Source: an uncultured delta proteobacterium (lineage in GTDB: Bacteria; Desulfobacterota; Syntrophorhabdia; Syntrophorhabdales; WCHB1-27). Taken from it: DNA of 64,000 nt. The notes under the pieces are model-generated. The model made no database searches and was not told the origin of the DNA. It saw nothing but the letters and a program-made list of their open reading frames with translations. Shown piece by piece: positions 63,420 through 64,000 of the stretch. The position numbers and the translations under genes were made by a program. The stretch is taken from positions 122,546-186,545 of the forward strand of contig CAWEPK010000001.1 in the NCBI GenBank assembly GCA_963810935.1. Direction: 5' to 3'. The stretch's first letter is position 1; each line of letters opens with the position of its first letter.

Positions 63420-64000
63420 AAAAGGAGAAGGGCACGCCCATTGATACGGGGCTGCGACGCAGGGCCGAGGAGCGGCTGAAAGGGGCAAAGAAGGAAACAG
63501 CACCCTCCCCGGCAGAGCAAGACGCGCGCCGCATGGTCCACGAACTCGAGGTCCATCAGATCGAGCTCGAGATGCAGAACGAGGAACTCAAACAGGCACG
63601 GGCAGAACTCGAGAAGCAATTAAAGATTTACTGCGACCTCTACAATTTTGCCCCCGTCGGTTATTTCACGCTCGACAGGGCAGGGACGATCCTAAAGTTA
63701 ACCTCACCGGCGCCAGGCTCCTCGGGGTCGAGCGGTTCCGCCTCGTGGGCAGACGCCTGGAGTCGTTTCTGAGCGCTGGATCGCAGGAGCCCTTCACCGG
63801 GTGTCTCGAAGAGATATACAAGGGAACAACAGTGGCGACGTGCGGACTGGCCCTCCTCACGCAGGGAGACCGGCCCCGGTACATACAGATCGAGGGGACC
63901 CCCTTTACATCCGGCGGGGAGGCGGTCGGTCAATGCCGGGTGGCGATGATCGACATCACCGAACGCCGGCAGGCGGAAGAGACCCTGCGCCGCTACGAGT
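63416..64000 (+). CDS. PAS-domain sensor protein (partial, frameshifted near 63705)
   Basis: LRRRAEERL...VHELEVHQIELEMQNEEL...LYNFAPVGYFTLD; ends DITERRQAEE. Confidence 0.85.

Larger units (their letters stand above)
55590..64000. mobile_element. Probable genomic island / integrative-element remnant at tRNA-Lys (far boundary not seen)
   Basis: AT-rich flank with direct repeats just after the tRNA; accessory genes; low-GC patch at about 58.9-60.3 kb; no integrase in the window. Confidence 0.55.

Noticed and set aside
61790..63800. CheB-CheR and PAS genes as true pseudogenes
   Set aside because: Indels are dense but domains stay recognisable; decay cannot be separated from low-quality sequence without reads.
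1..64000. CRISPR array, cas genes, rRNA, integrase or transposase
   Set aside because: No regularly spaced repeat-spacer array and no such genes or motifs were seen. The HD protein has no helicase or cas neighbours, so it is not called Cas3.

Overview
Gene-dense, GC-rich bacterial DNA whose gene content suggests an anaerobic Desulfobacterota/syntroph-type organism (inference). Most of 1-55.6 kb is housekeeping or metabolic: phoU-pstSCABB, an AbfD-family dehydratase with GntR, typA, bacterioferritin, tandem aminotransferases, tkt-tal-zwf-pgl, vapBC, PFOR, hisS, livKHMGF, an M16 peptidase, a ferredoxin, a membrane FeS/CCG oxidoreductase, lptFG, fabH, bioB and two tRNAs. A Dsr1-type sirtuin anti-phage gene sits between two inverted copies of a palindromic repeat, and an integrated-element-like region (NERD, HD/MobH-like, HXXEE, CheB-CheR, PAS) follows tRNA-Lys. 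The most interesting signals are non-coding. (i) Two aromatic-amino-acid leader-peptide attenuators (MTTHNYSFFFFRRAHPCP and MNRTKVYFYFFSMHP) share an unusual tandem two-hairpin design; one precedes an uncharacterised MBL-fold hydrolase, the other two tandem aminotransferases. (ii) Two adjacent structured small RNAs at 27.2-27.5 kb each have their own near-consensus sigma70 promoter. Many genes carry isolated +1 frameshifts that look like sequencing errors rather than pseudogenes. All coordinates and base pairings were read by eye; no searches were run.
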